Source: Minisyncoccota bacterium
GTDB taxonomy: Bacteria > Patescibacteriota > Minisyncoccia > Phycocordibacterales > XYD1-FULL-46-19
Reading direction: 5' to 3'
NCBI GenBank assembly: GCA_041664425.1
Contig: JBAYKU010000002.1
Location: forward strand, 13,142-77,141
DNA length: 64,000 nucleotides
Part shown: positions 55,629 through 64,000 of the stretch, in pieces
How the letters are laid out: each line of letters opens with the position of its first letter
Position numbering within the stretch: the first letter of the stretch is position 1
Notes under the pieces: generated by a model
The model's input: the letters and a program-made list of their open reading frames with translations, nothing else
What the model was told of the DNA's origin: nothing
The model's database searches: none
Position numbers and translations under genes: made by a program

Positions 55629-56327
55629 TTATTTACCGACAATAAGCCGTTTTCTACTACTGCAGAATTTGGCAAAGGTCTCCCAGTCCATCAATGACTG
55701 CCCTTTGCTTAGAAGTTTCTTTTTATTCTTAATTAATTCGTCCAGCATCCCCTGTGTGATCTCCTCATTCATTTGGAGAAAAATAATCGGGTATTGGCGC
55801 ATATATTCAGAGGTGTATTTATCGAGCTTACTGTTGAGACAACCTTGGAGATTGCGCTTACTACCGGGATAAAAAACATCCACACAAAAGCCGCCGGTTT
55901 TATCGTAGACGAAGAAATCGGCTCGGGTTCTCTTGTCGTCGACAAAGAAGTATTCGCGATGGACAAACTCCTTACCAAATCTTTCGACCAAAAAATCATT
56001 AACAACATTTTCTGTCTTGTGGGCCCGCTGGCCAATCATCCGCGCGCGATCAGCGCTGTGTTGACCGCTACGGAAATCAGCTTGGCTATCTAGCTTTAGG
56101 GTTTGGCGTAATTGGACTATACCACCGAACCGTCTTTCAATGGATCGGGCTGATGGTAGGTATTGATAACGATCAACTTCTGGTCCCGTCGGATAGCGTC
56201 CATGCTCTTCAAAAAATTTAGTCAGTCCAGCTGATAATTCTTCAATAGTCCACGGTGTTTGTTTACCTGATTTTTGAGCTCGTAGAGTCATACGTCGTAT
56301 TATGCCACTGTGCGCCTTTTGCGACAT
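55629..56327 (-). CDS. Putative PD-(D/E)XK nuclease with an N-terminal homing-endonuclease-associated repeat
   Basis: 'T.EEL..GL.KF..EHGRYPT..E......LPS..SI.RRFG' followed by 'E..V..FL...F....VHRE...RADFFV...VDVF'. Confidence 0.6.
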   Translation of the reverse strand: MSQKAHSGIIRRMTLRAQKSGKQTPWTIEELSAGLTKFFEEHGRYPTGPEVDRYQYLPSARSIERRFGGIVQLRQTLKLDSQADFRSGQHSADRARMIGQRAHKTENVVNDFLVERFGKEFVHREYFFVDDKRTRADFFVYDKTGGFCVDVFYPGSKRNLQGCLNSKLDKYTSEYMRQYPIIFLQMNEEITQGMLDELIKNKKKLLSKGQSLMDWETFAKFCSSRKRLIVGK

Positions 56328-56424
56328 ATACGACGGTGGATAAGTTGACCTACCCTACGTCTTCGTTTTGATTTGGAACCTTTTCTTTCTACTAAAAAAC
56401 CCAGCTTTTCGGAAGCTGAGTTTT

Positions 56425-56904
56425 TTAGATTTTAGCTAGGCTTTTATTGTTGTCAGGATTGTTGGCGGTTTTCCAACAAGGACGGCTGCTGTTCCAGTGT
56501 TGGTTGCCTTCATGCTTCATCAGCCACATAGCGTATCCAATATTACCCTTGGCGGTATAGATGTTGTAACCAAGCTTCTCGGCAGTTTCGAGATGGTACT
56601 TTTCATTGATCTGAAAGATACCCACGTCGAGTGGATTGACCCGACCACGAATAACTTCACCGCTGTCGGTGTATTGGGTTAGTCCACTCTCACATCTGGC
56701 GATTTCCAAAGCCGTCTCGGCATGGATGCCATATTTAGAGCTGGTACTAATGATCAGTTGCTCGATAGCAGTATCGTGCTTGTGTTCAGTGACAACTGGT
56801 GCAACTACGGCGACTTTGTCGGTCGCGGTGGGAACAATCGGAATAATCGGATTGACCTGGGTTGCAATTATGAGGCTGGCGAGACCTATTTGGAGGGTTT
56901 GCAA
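56425..56904 (-). CDS. Secreted lytic transglycosylase (SLT/lysozyme-like)
   Basis: Motifs IARCESG, D.GIFQIN, NI.YA.WL and W..S..CW. Start codon uncertain. Confidence 0.8.
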   Translation of the reverse strand: MQTLQIGLASLIIATQVNPIIPIVPTATDKVAVVAPVVTEHKHDTAIEQLIISTSSKYGIHAETALEIARCESGLTQYTDSGEVIRGRVNPLDVGIFQINEKYHLETAEKLGYNIYTAKGNIGYAMWLMKHEGNQHWNSSRPCWKTANNPDNNKSLAKI

Positions 56905-57187
56905 AATAAGCGCAAAAGAAAAACTAGCTATTAGCTAGTTGTTCAAATAATTACTACATTTCGACACTACAGTACATCCATAACAGCTAATCGGTATGTC
57001 CATAGGTTAGCATAGTCGGGTTAAAAAATCAAGCGAAAAAGGCCTGTTTTCAGCCTATTTGTGGTCTAATTGTCCTTATTTTAAGCCATATATTGCCCAA
57101 AAGCCATTTTCCACAAAAATAGGCCTTTTTAGGCTTTTTGCTGAAAATTTGGGGCCCGATAGGGTAGTCCCCTCGCCTCTTGACGGA

Positions 57188-57252
57188 TTTACCCCGTGGA
57201 GTAAAAATCTTCGAGATTTTTTGACACTAAACGTGTCATACTCCACTGGGGT
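57188..57252. repeat. ACCCY-family three-way-junction element (short copy)
   Basis: accccgtggagta / tactccactggggt enclose aaaatct-tcg-agatttt and tgacac-taaac-gtgtca. Confidence 0.75.
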
Positions 57253-57367
57253 TTTGGCCTGGCGATAAAAATTCTAAAATTTTGGACCACCGAGATGTGT
57301 TTTGATGCGTTTGGTTAGCCCTCAAACACCAAAAACCGCCCCTTAAGGACGGTTTTACCCCTATTTT

Positions 57368-57589
57368 TTAGAAGAAATTGGAGACCTTGGCCACATAAGG
57401 GCTGGCAAATTGGTTCCACATATCCACTAACCAGGCCCAGAGATTGGCAATCAGACCGCCGATGTAACCGAAGTTGGATTTACCTACTTCTGATTCAGCT
57501 ACATTTTTGATACTGACACCTAGATAACTCAAAATCAAAATCGCGATAACGATAATGATAATAAGTTTTATAATACCTTTTTGCTTCAT
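57368..57589 (-). CDS. Small membrane protein
   Basis: 73 aa with an N-terminal QKG, a hydrophobic helix and an amphipathic tail. Hairpin at about 57331-57356 downstream. Confidence 0.65.
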   Translation of the reverse strand: MKQKGIIKLIIIIVIAILILSYLGVSIKNVAESEVGKSNFGYIGGLIANLWAWLVDMWNQFASPYVAKVSNFF

Positions 57590-57639
57590 ATAATAATTAT
57601 ATCAAAAAACTAAGTCACTGGCTGTGCATAACCGTTTGG

Positions 57640-58941
57640 TTACAAATAATTCATCGGGTTCAGATAACTATTCGGTGAGGCTAAAGGCAGACGATAAGTG
57701 CCACAACCAGCCACCTGACTTTTTAGGGCACCGATTTTAACACCCTGGCTCGCGTAGACGGTAAAGTGGAGATGTGGACCAGTCGAGTAGCCGGTATTGC
57801 CACTGTAAGCGATAACGTCACCAGTCGAGACAGACTGTCCTTCGCTCACTTTAATCAGCGACAAGTGACCGTAGAGAGTGGAGAGACCGTTGTCATGTTC
57901 GATCAGGATCCATTTACCATAGGAAGCTCCCTGACAGGTTTCGTCAGTGTTGCCGATGCCGATGACCTTGCCGGGTCGAGGTGCTTTGATCTTTGAGCCG
58001 ACCGAAGTGCCGAAATCAATCCCATTGTGACCCTTACCACCATATACTGCTCCCGCTTTACTTTGAGAGAAGGTGGTATAGCCGAAACCTTGGGTAATGA
58101 CGACCTTATCTAAGGGATAAGTTAACACCCCGTGACCTTTAGTTGGTAGGAGTTTAGTATTGAGGACAATCGATAGCGAACTCTCAGCTTTAGATATTTC
58201 GTCTTGGATTGCTTGCATTTTAGCCAGGCGATCGGCTAGGAGTTTTTGATAGTTAGACTCTTTGCTTTTAGTAATAGTCAGTAAATCATCTTTGGATTTT
58301 TTGTTGACGTCAGCGATTTTCTTTTGGTCAGATAGTTGGGTCTCGAGAGAAACAAGACTCCTCTTCTCTGCTTCTTTATTTACCTTTTTAACCTCTAAGT
58401 CCTTTTTAGCACCAGTAAAATTGATCAAGCCGATCTGGAGTTTGTTTTGAATATTGCCGAGATGAGCTATTTCGGTGCCGAAACTCGAGAGGGTGTCTGC
58501 TGATAACAGAATATTGCCGAGAGAGTCTTCTTCTGAATTTCTAACGTCACGGAGGGAGGCTCCGAGTAGTTCGCGATAAGTATCAATCTTATTTTTTTTA
58601 TCAACGATTTCAATCGAAAGCTTTTTAATGACGGTGGTGCTTTGGTTGATTTGGACTTGGGTCAAATCAATTTGTTTGGTTAAAGCTAAACGCGTCGCTT
58701 CGATGCGAGCCAATTCCGCTTTGAGACTAGCTGATTGCTTTTGGGTACCAGAGAGTTTGGTTTTAATGGCCTTGATCTCAGCATCGAGTTTGTCACGTTG
58801 ACTCTGATAGTCACTGATCTTACCTTTTAATTCATCGACAGTCTCAGCTTGAATGGATAATAGAGGCCATAAAAAAGAACACATCAATAAAAAACTGGTC
58901 ACAAAAAATAATAGATATTTTTGATTAGAGTTTTTCGGCAT
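57640..58941 (-). CDS. M23 peptidase with a long coiled coil (EnvC/murein hydrolase-like)
   Basis: Signal peptide, coiled coil, HNGIDF, YG....I.H, LYGHL and GNTGYSTGPHLHF. Confidence 0.92.
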   Translation of the reverse strand: MPKNSNQKYLLFFVTSFLLMCSFLWPLLSIQAETVDELKGKISDYQSQRDKLDAEIKAIKTKLSGTQKQSASLKAELARIEATRLALTKQIDLTQVQINQSTTVIKKLSIEIVDKKNKIDTYRELLGASLRDVRNSEEDSLGNILLSADTLSSFGTEIAHLGNIQNKLQIGLINFTGAKKDLEVKKVNKEAEKRSLVSLETQLSDQKKIADVNKKSKDDLLTITKSKESNYQKLLADRLAKMQAIQDEISKAESSLSIVLNTKLLPTKGHGVLTYPLDKVVITQGFGYTTFSQSKAGAVYGGKGHNGIDFGTSVGSKIKAPRPGKVIGIGNTDETCQGASYGKWILIEHDNGLSTLYGHLSLIKVSEGQSVSTGDVIAYSGNTGYSTGPHLHFTVYASQGVKIGALKSQVAGCGTYRLPLASPNSYLNPMNYL

Positions 58942-60265
58942 AGGCGAGGCGGTTTAAGGTTTCCGCTTTGCCCAAGATCGCGGCGAGGGTAAAAGGATCA
59001 GGCGATTTTTCGCGACCAGACAAAGCGACGCGCATGGGCCAGAGGACCTGTCCCCTACCTTTGGTGGTAGCGTGGTCCCAAATAGCGGCTTTAATTTTTT
59101 CAGTCGTAAAATCAGCTTCCGGTAAATCGGCTAGAAGCTGACTAACTTCGACTAAATACTCTGGCGTTTTTAAAATTTCTTTGCTAGGTTTGGGAGCGAT
59201 AAAAAAATAATCGAGTTCCCCCTCCTCAGCCATGGCCGTTAGCTCTCCTAGCCTACTGATGCGCTCGAGGATGAGTGGCAAAATTTTGTTTAGAATCTCC
59301 TCTTGGTATTCTGGCTTGTTTTTGAAGTTAGCGGGTAGAAATTCTAGGACTTTATTTTTAAAATCATCGCTAGATAATTTCTTGAGATACTCTCGATTTA
59401 GCCAATCCATTTTTTCAATATTGAGAATGGCGCCACTTTTTTGAGTTTTCAGTAGGTCAAATTTTTTCAATAGATCGGCCATAGATAAAATCTCTTCATT
59501 TTTATCAGCATCTTCCTGACTTGATTGTGGTGACCAGCCGAGCATGGCGACAAAGTTGATCACCGCTTCTGGCAGATATCCTAGTCTCTGGTATTCGCTG
59601 ACACTGGCGATAGCACCATGCTTGCGTTTGGAGAGTTTGGTGCGATCAGGAGCCAGAATGATTGGTAAGTGGGCGTAGGTCGGTCGCACGCCTCCTAGAG
59701 CCTCTAACATGAGAATTTGGCGGGGGGTGTTGGAAATATGATCTTCGCCACGGATCACATGAGTGACCCCCAGTAAGTGGTCGTCAACCACTGAGGCAAA
59801 ATGGTAGAGCGGAGTATCGAGATCTTTAGCCATCACAAAATCACCCAGCTCGGTCGTATCAAATTCAATATGACCATGAATCAAATCTTCAAAAACTATT
59901 TTTGTATTGGGATTACGGAAACGAATAACCTTGTCTCTATCCCCTTCTTTTTCAATCTTTTCTTGGGACCAATAAATTTTATCAGCCGTCATCAGCTCGT
60001 CTAATTTAGCTCGATAAATATCAGTTCTTTTTGATTGGTAATAAATCTCGTCGTAGTCGAGACCGAGCCAGGTCATGGAATTTAGCAAGTCCTCTGTATA
60101 TTCCGGTTTGGAGCGTTCAGTATCCGTATCGTCAACTCGAAAAATCATTTTACCGCCATTTTGACGAGTAAATAAGTAATTAAAAAGAGCCACTCGGGCG
60201 GTGCCAATATGAAAAAGTCCGGTGGGGCTGGGGGCCACTCTGGTGACGATGGATTTATTGCTCAT
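58925..60265 (-). CDS. gltX: Glutamate--tRNA ligase
   Basis: Motifs APSPTG.FHIG, DDTD..RS, HVIRGEDH..NT and KLSKR. Confidence 0.97.
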   Translation of the reverse strand: MSNKSIVTRVAPSPTGLFHIGTARVALFNYLFTRQNGGKMIFRVDDTDTERSKPEYTEDLLNSMTWLGLDYDEIYYQSKRTDIYRAKLDELMTADKIYWSQEKIEKEGDRDKVIRFRNPNTKIVFEDLIHGHIEFDTTELGDFVMAKDLDTPLYHFASVVDDHLLGVTHVIRGEDHISNTPRQILMLEALGGVRPTYAHLPIILAPDRTKLSKRKHGAIASVSEYQRLGYLPEAVINFVAMLGWSPQSSQEDADKNEEILSMADLLKKFDLLKTQKSGAILNIEKMDWLNREYLKKLSSDDFKNKVLEFLPANFKNKPEYQEEILNKILPLILERISRLGELTAMAEEGELDYFFIAPKPSKEILKTPEYLVEVSQLLADLPEADFTTEKIKAAIWDHATTKGRGQVLWPMRVALSGREKSPDPFTLAAILGKAETLNRLAYAEKL

Positions 60266-61382
60266 GTTGATTTGTTAGGTTGATTACTTCCCGGGCGATC
60301 ATGCGCGAAGCTTCTGGTTTGGCAAAAGTTTTACAGGCCTCTCTCATCTCTAGGAGGGTACGCTGATTGTCCATAATGCGATAGATCTCTGATTGCAAGA
60401 CCGATGGGGTCAGGTTGTTTTCTTCCACGACGATGGCGGCTCCAGAACCGGCATAAGCAAAAGCGTTGCTAGTCTGATCGTGACTGATTGTTTCTGGTAA
60501 GGGAATAATAATGGCCGGTATGCCCCAATAAGCAATTTCAAAAATAGCAGAACCGGCTCGGGAGATTATCAGGCTAGAAACCGCTGCTGACATTTTCATC
60601 GCGCTACTACTTAGATACGGAAAAGGCCGATAGTTTTTTTCGACTAGGGCTGGATCAATCATGGCCTTGATGGTGGCCGAGACATCGTCAAAGTTGGTCG
60701 CTCCAGTTTGGTGGATAACCTGATATTTTTTCAGCAAGGCTGGCAGAATATCAATAATAACATTGTTTATTTTCATGGCGCCCTGTGAGCCACCCACAAT
60801 CATAATCACTGGTAGATTTTCTTTAAAGCCCAAAAAATCATAAGCGCCAGCTTTGTTGGGGTTGAGAATCTCTTGGCGTAAAGGGTTGCCAGTCACAGCC
60901 ACTTTGCCAGTAGGAAAATATGATACGGCTTGCTGATAAGAGACAGCGATTCTGGTGGCAAACTTGCCAGCCCAAGCGTTGACTCGGCCTGGATGCGAAT
61001 CTGACTCGTGAATAAAAACCGGAATGTTTAGAAGCCTCGCCGCTAAAACTGGCGGAAAACTACTATAGCCACCTTTGCAGAAAACTAAATCCGGATAGAT
61101 AGTGTAGAGTTTAATGATGGCTTCAAAAATACCGTAGATATTTTTGAAGATATCAGTAAAGTTTTGAAAAGAAAAATAGCGTCGCCATTTGCCAGCAGTG
61201 ATTTTAACAAAACGAATACCATTGGCAAAAAGCAATTCTTCATTGTAAGGATTAACCGACATAAAATAAAATTCCGGTTCAACCAGTTTGTCCTCAATAG
61301 CTATTTTCCTGATTTCTTCGGCGATAGCGATAATTGGGTAAAAATGACCCCCCGTTCCCCCGCCGGTAAATAAGATTTTCAT
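60255..61382 (-). CDS. murG: Lipid I N-acetylglucosamine transferase MurG
   Basis: Motifs GGGTGGHFYP, GGYSS.P, HE, TGNP.R, GGSQGA, SRAG and HDQ..NA. Confidence 0.97.
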   Translation of the reverse strand: MKILFTGGGTGGHFYPIIAIAEEIRKIAIEDKLVEPEFYFMSVNPYNEELLFANGIRFVKITAGKWRRYFSFQNFTDIFKNIYGIFEAIIKLYTIYPDLVFCKGGYSSFPPVLAARLLNIPVFIHESDSHPGRVNAWAGKFATRIAVSYQQAVSYFPTGKVAVTGNPLRQEILNPNKAGAYDFLGFKENLPVIMIVGGSQGAMKINNVIIDILPALLKKYQVIHQTGATNFDDVSATIKAMIDPALVEKNYRPFPYLSSSAMKMSAAVSSLIISRAGSAIFEIAYWGIPAIIIPLPETISHDQTSNAFAYAGSGAAIVVEENNLTPSVLQSEIYRIMDNQRTLLEMREACKTFAKPEASRMIAREVINLTNQHEQ

Positions 61383-61388
61383 TATTGT

Positions 61389-62483
61389 TTATGTTCTTTG
61401 TTTAGATATATTAAGAATAATACCCATTTCTATCAGGACGAACAAGAGGGCGGTCCCGCCGTGACTGATAAAGAGCAGTGGCACCCCCGTCAACGGCAAA
61501 ATACCAATCATGGCTCCGATGTTGATAGAGGCTTGAATAAAGACCATACAAACCAAACCTAAGGCCAGAAAACGCCCAAAAGGGTCGGTAATTCTGGTGG
61601 TAATCTTGATACCCCATAGAGCGAAAATTAGGAAGAAAGCGATAATAATAGTCGAACCAGTAAAACCAAATTCTTCGCTAGCGACCGCAAAGATTGAGTC
61701 CCCGATCGGTTCAGGTAAAAAGTTAAATTTTTGGAGACTCTGACCGAAACCTCGGCCAGCCATACCGCCAGAACCAATAGCAATCAATGATTGATTGATT
61801 TGCCAGGAGGCGCCACGCACATCGTGCGAAGGATTTATATAGGTGGTAATTCTTTCGCGGATATAGGGTCGAGTGTAGGCCAAAAAAGAAATAGCGATAA
61901 CTGCCGCTAAGCCAAGTAGCGCCAGGTGTTTTATTTTTCCACCAGCCGCAAAGAACATGATCATGGAAGTGATGCAAGCGACTAAAAAGGTGCCGTTGTC
62001 GCGCTGGATAACAGCTAAAATGATGGTCAAAATAGCAATCAAACAAATGAAGGGTATAAAACCAGCCGAAAAATCTTTTATCTTGTCTTTTCTCGTAGCT
62101 AGCCAACCAGCCAAATAAATAATCGTGGCAAACTTTAAAAATTCCGCTGGTTGGAAAGTCAGTATTCCTAGATCTATCCAGCGTTTGGCTCCACCGGCTT
62201 CTAGGGCTAGGCCTGGGATCAAGACGGCACAAGACAGACCCGCTGCTACCACAAACATCGGTAAAGCGATCTTGCGGTATTTTTTATAATCAATACTAGA
62301 AAAAACAATCATCGCCAAAAGCCCGCCTGCCAAGATGGCCAGTTGTTTAGAAACGACAGCTAGAAAACCGGCGCCATCTTTGGTCAGCTGACCCATGGCC
62401 GCCGAAGAAAAAATAAAAAAGCCGAGTAGGACCATCACTACCACTAGAAAGAGAAAGAAACTGTCGACTTTTTTATGGCGCAT
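61389..62483 (-). CDS. ftsW: SEDS glycosyltransferase FtsW
   Basis: Motifs GAKRWI, FQPAEF.K, G.GFGQS.QK, LPE..GDSIF, EE.GF and P.TG.PL..IS.GG. Located between mraY and murG. Confidence 0.92.
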   Translation of the reverse strand: MRHKKVDSFFLFLVVVMVLLGFFIFSSAAMGQLTKDGAGFLAVVSKQLAILAGGLLAMIVFSSIDYKKYRKIALPMFVVAAGLSCAVLIPGLALEAGGAKRWIDLGILTFQPAEFLKFATIIYLAGWLATRKDKIKDFSAGFIPFICLIAILTIILAVIQRDNGTFLVACITSMIMFFAAGGKIKHLALLGLAAVIAISFLAYTRPYIRERITTYINPSHDVRGASWQINQSLIAIGSGGMAGRGFGQSLQKFNFLPEPIGDSIFAVASEEFGFTGSTIIIAFFLIFALWGIKITTRITDPFGRFLALGLVCMVFIQASINIGAMIGILPLTGVPLLFISHGGTALLFVLIEMGIILNISKQRT

Positions 62484-62488
62484 TTGTT

Positions 62489-63544
62489 TTAGATTTTTGT
62501 CAGAGCAATAATTATGCCAATAATAGCGGCGATAATACTAATCACCCAATAACGCATGACGACTTTGCAAGCAGGCCAACCAATGGCTTCAAAATGGTGA
62601 TGAAGTGGAGCCACCAGAAAAACTTTCTTTCCCTGGCGTAATTTTTTTGAACCGAGCTGAATGATGACCGATAATGAGGTAACTAAAAGTGGCAAGGCAA
62701 TCAAGGGTAAAATTAAAACAGTATCAGTTAGGAAGGCGATGACCGTGAGAGCCGTAGTTAGTCCTAAAATACCGGTTTCTGACATGTAGAAGCGGGCAGG
62801 TGGAATATTAAACCACAAGAAAGCTAGTGTGCCACCAGTGATGACAGCGCAAAAGGCCGCCAGGTCAATTTGATTTTGGAAAAAAGCGATACAGGTATAA
62901 GCCGCAAAGATAATCGCCATTACTCCCCCCGCCAAGCCGTCGATTCCGTCTATTACACCACTAGAAAAGATGGCGACCATTACTAAAACAAATAAAGGAA
63001 TGATTAACCAGCCTAGAGCCAGTGAACCACCAAAAGGAATGGCGATCGCTGTTACTCCCAATTTAAAATAAAACCACCAGCCCCCTGCTAGACCAAGAGC
63101 GATCACCACGAGAAGACGATTGAAAAAAGGTAAGCCCGCAGTTTTAGAGTCGACATTTTCACGGACCTGCATCAGGTCGTCAATCAGGCCGACGATCGAA
63201 CCGACGATCAAAGTGAACATTGGCAACCAAGTCTGATTACGACTAAAGAAATTTATTTTATCAGCTTCCACTGAGGGAAAAAGATGAGCCAATAGCCAAA
63301 AAAACATCACCGTCAGTAAGGTGCTCCCCCAGATTACTATCCCGCCCATGCGTGGAGTGCCCGTCTCTTTTTCTTTGTGGAGAGAATCAAAAATCGGTGT
63401 GGCCAAGCCGTCGGGGCTGATTTTGCCGGCTTTTTTCTTCCACATTCGATTTTTATAAAGATAATGCGTGATTATTGGTGTAATCAGAATACCAATAAAG
63501 AAAGCAAACGCGCTTGGACCGAGAACTTTGAGAATATTGATCAT
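62489..63544 (-). CDS. mraY: Phospho-MurNAc-pentapeptide transferase MraY
   Basis: Motifs GTP.MGG, GLIDD, DGIDGL, FLWFN.PPA and APLHHHFE. Confidence 0.96.
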   Translation of the reverse strand: MINILKVLGPSAFAFFIGILITPIITHYLYKNRMWKKKAGKISPDGLATPIFDSLHKEKETGTPRMGGIVIWGSTLLTVMFFWLLAHLFPSVEADKINFFSRNQTWLPMFTLIVGSIVGLIDDLMQVRENVDSKTAGLPFFNRLLVVIALGLAGGWWFYFKLGVTAIAIPFGGSLALGWLIIPLFVLVMVAIFSSGVIDGIDGLAGGVMAIIFAAYTCIAFFQNQIDLAAFCAVITGGTLAFLWFNIPPARFYMSETGILGLTTALTVIAFLTDTVLILPLIALPLLVTSLSVIIQLGSKKLRQGKKVFLVAPLHHHFEAIGWPACKVVMRYWVISIIAAIIGIIIALTKI

Positions 63545-63639
63545 AGTAAAAAAGCTAATTTCTTAGCCAGATTATAAACCAAATTGCCCCTATAACCAAA
63601 TTGGCCATAGGGGCTACTGCGGGTAGTGAGAATAATCTG

Positions 63640-63999
63640 TTACTTTCCCCCTTCCGCAAAATAAGCCACCGTCGCTCCGGCTAGCTTTTGGGTATCGTTG
63701 AAACGCTCTTCTTCGGTCGAACCGAGGATGACTATCGCTACTGGATGATTTAGGCCAACGTCAAAGATGATCGAGAGGTTAGCTCCCGCTAGTGGCGTCG
63801 TGCCAGTTTTAGAGCTGATTAGACCTGGTAATTGGTCAATAGCGTAATTAGTATTGATGGCGACGTAGCGATTTTCTTGGGTATCATTTCGCCCGATGGC
63901 TGTCTGATTGGTCGCCTCGGTTAGTTCTGGATAATTTTTTACGATATAGCCATGGAGTTTGGCGACATCTAGAGCTGAACCATAACCACCAGCCATTGT
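63640..63999 (-). CDS. D-Ala-D-Ala carboxypeptidase (S11), 3' part only
   Basis: Motifs GSA.DVA.L, NTN, SKTGTT..AG and V.LGS. The frame runs off the window end. Confidence 0.75.
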   Translation of the reverse strand, partial: TMAGGYGSALDVAKLHGYIVKNYPELTEATNQTAIGRNDTQENRYVAINTNYAIDQLPGLISSKTGTTPLAGANLSIIFDVGLNHPVAIVILGSTEEERFNDTQKLAGATVAYFAEGGK

Positions 64000-64000
64000 T

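Noticed and set aside
57150-57186. tmRNA or tRNA start suggested by ggggcccgat
   Set aside because: No matching T arm, acceptor 3' end or tag reading frame downstream.
57059-57268. 69-aa ORF
   Set aside because: It spans a structured repeat element, has a TTG start and no RBS or motif.

Overview
Core-chromosome segment of a small-genome bacterium using genetic code 11. Gene content and protein styles suggest Patescibacteria/CPR (Parcubacteria-like); this is an inference. It holds lower glycolysis (gpmI, eno, pyk), translation genes (rsmE, prmC, hpf, fmt, def, frr, proS, lysS, cysS, gltX, rplU, rplI, rpmA, tRNA-Glu-CTC), replication/repair genes (priA, holB-like, recR, dnaB, rmuC) and a split cell-wall/division set (murA, two mreB, mreC, short mreD-like, mrdA, mraZ-rsmH-ftsL-ftsI-murF, mraY-ftsW-murG). 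It also has a CdaA-YbbR fusion, a WxL/DUF916-like surface cluster and large Ig-rich surface proteins. I saw no CRISPR array, prophage or transposase. The most interesting signals are intergenic. (1) A small GIY-YIG nuclease gene sits in the 5' end of tRNA-Glu, with the tRNA 5' segment duplicated and the nuclease stop codon inside the tRNA. (2) An 18-bp perfect palindrome is inserted cleanly at TTA|G in two places whose empty sites are both visible in the window. (3) A family of three-way-junction miniature elements occurs five times; two copies appear to form the whole 5' UTR of gpmI and dnaB and abut the ATG, and two are nested between murA and mreB. (4) About nine orphan cassettes share a promoter + AGGAG + ORF (+ terminator) layout. 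(5) A likely replication terminus near 55.5 kb has dif-like sites bracketing a PD-(D/E)XK nuclease. All protein calls come from motif recognition by eye; no searches were run.
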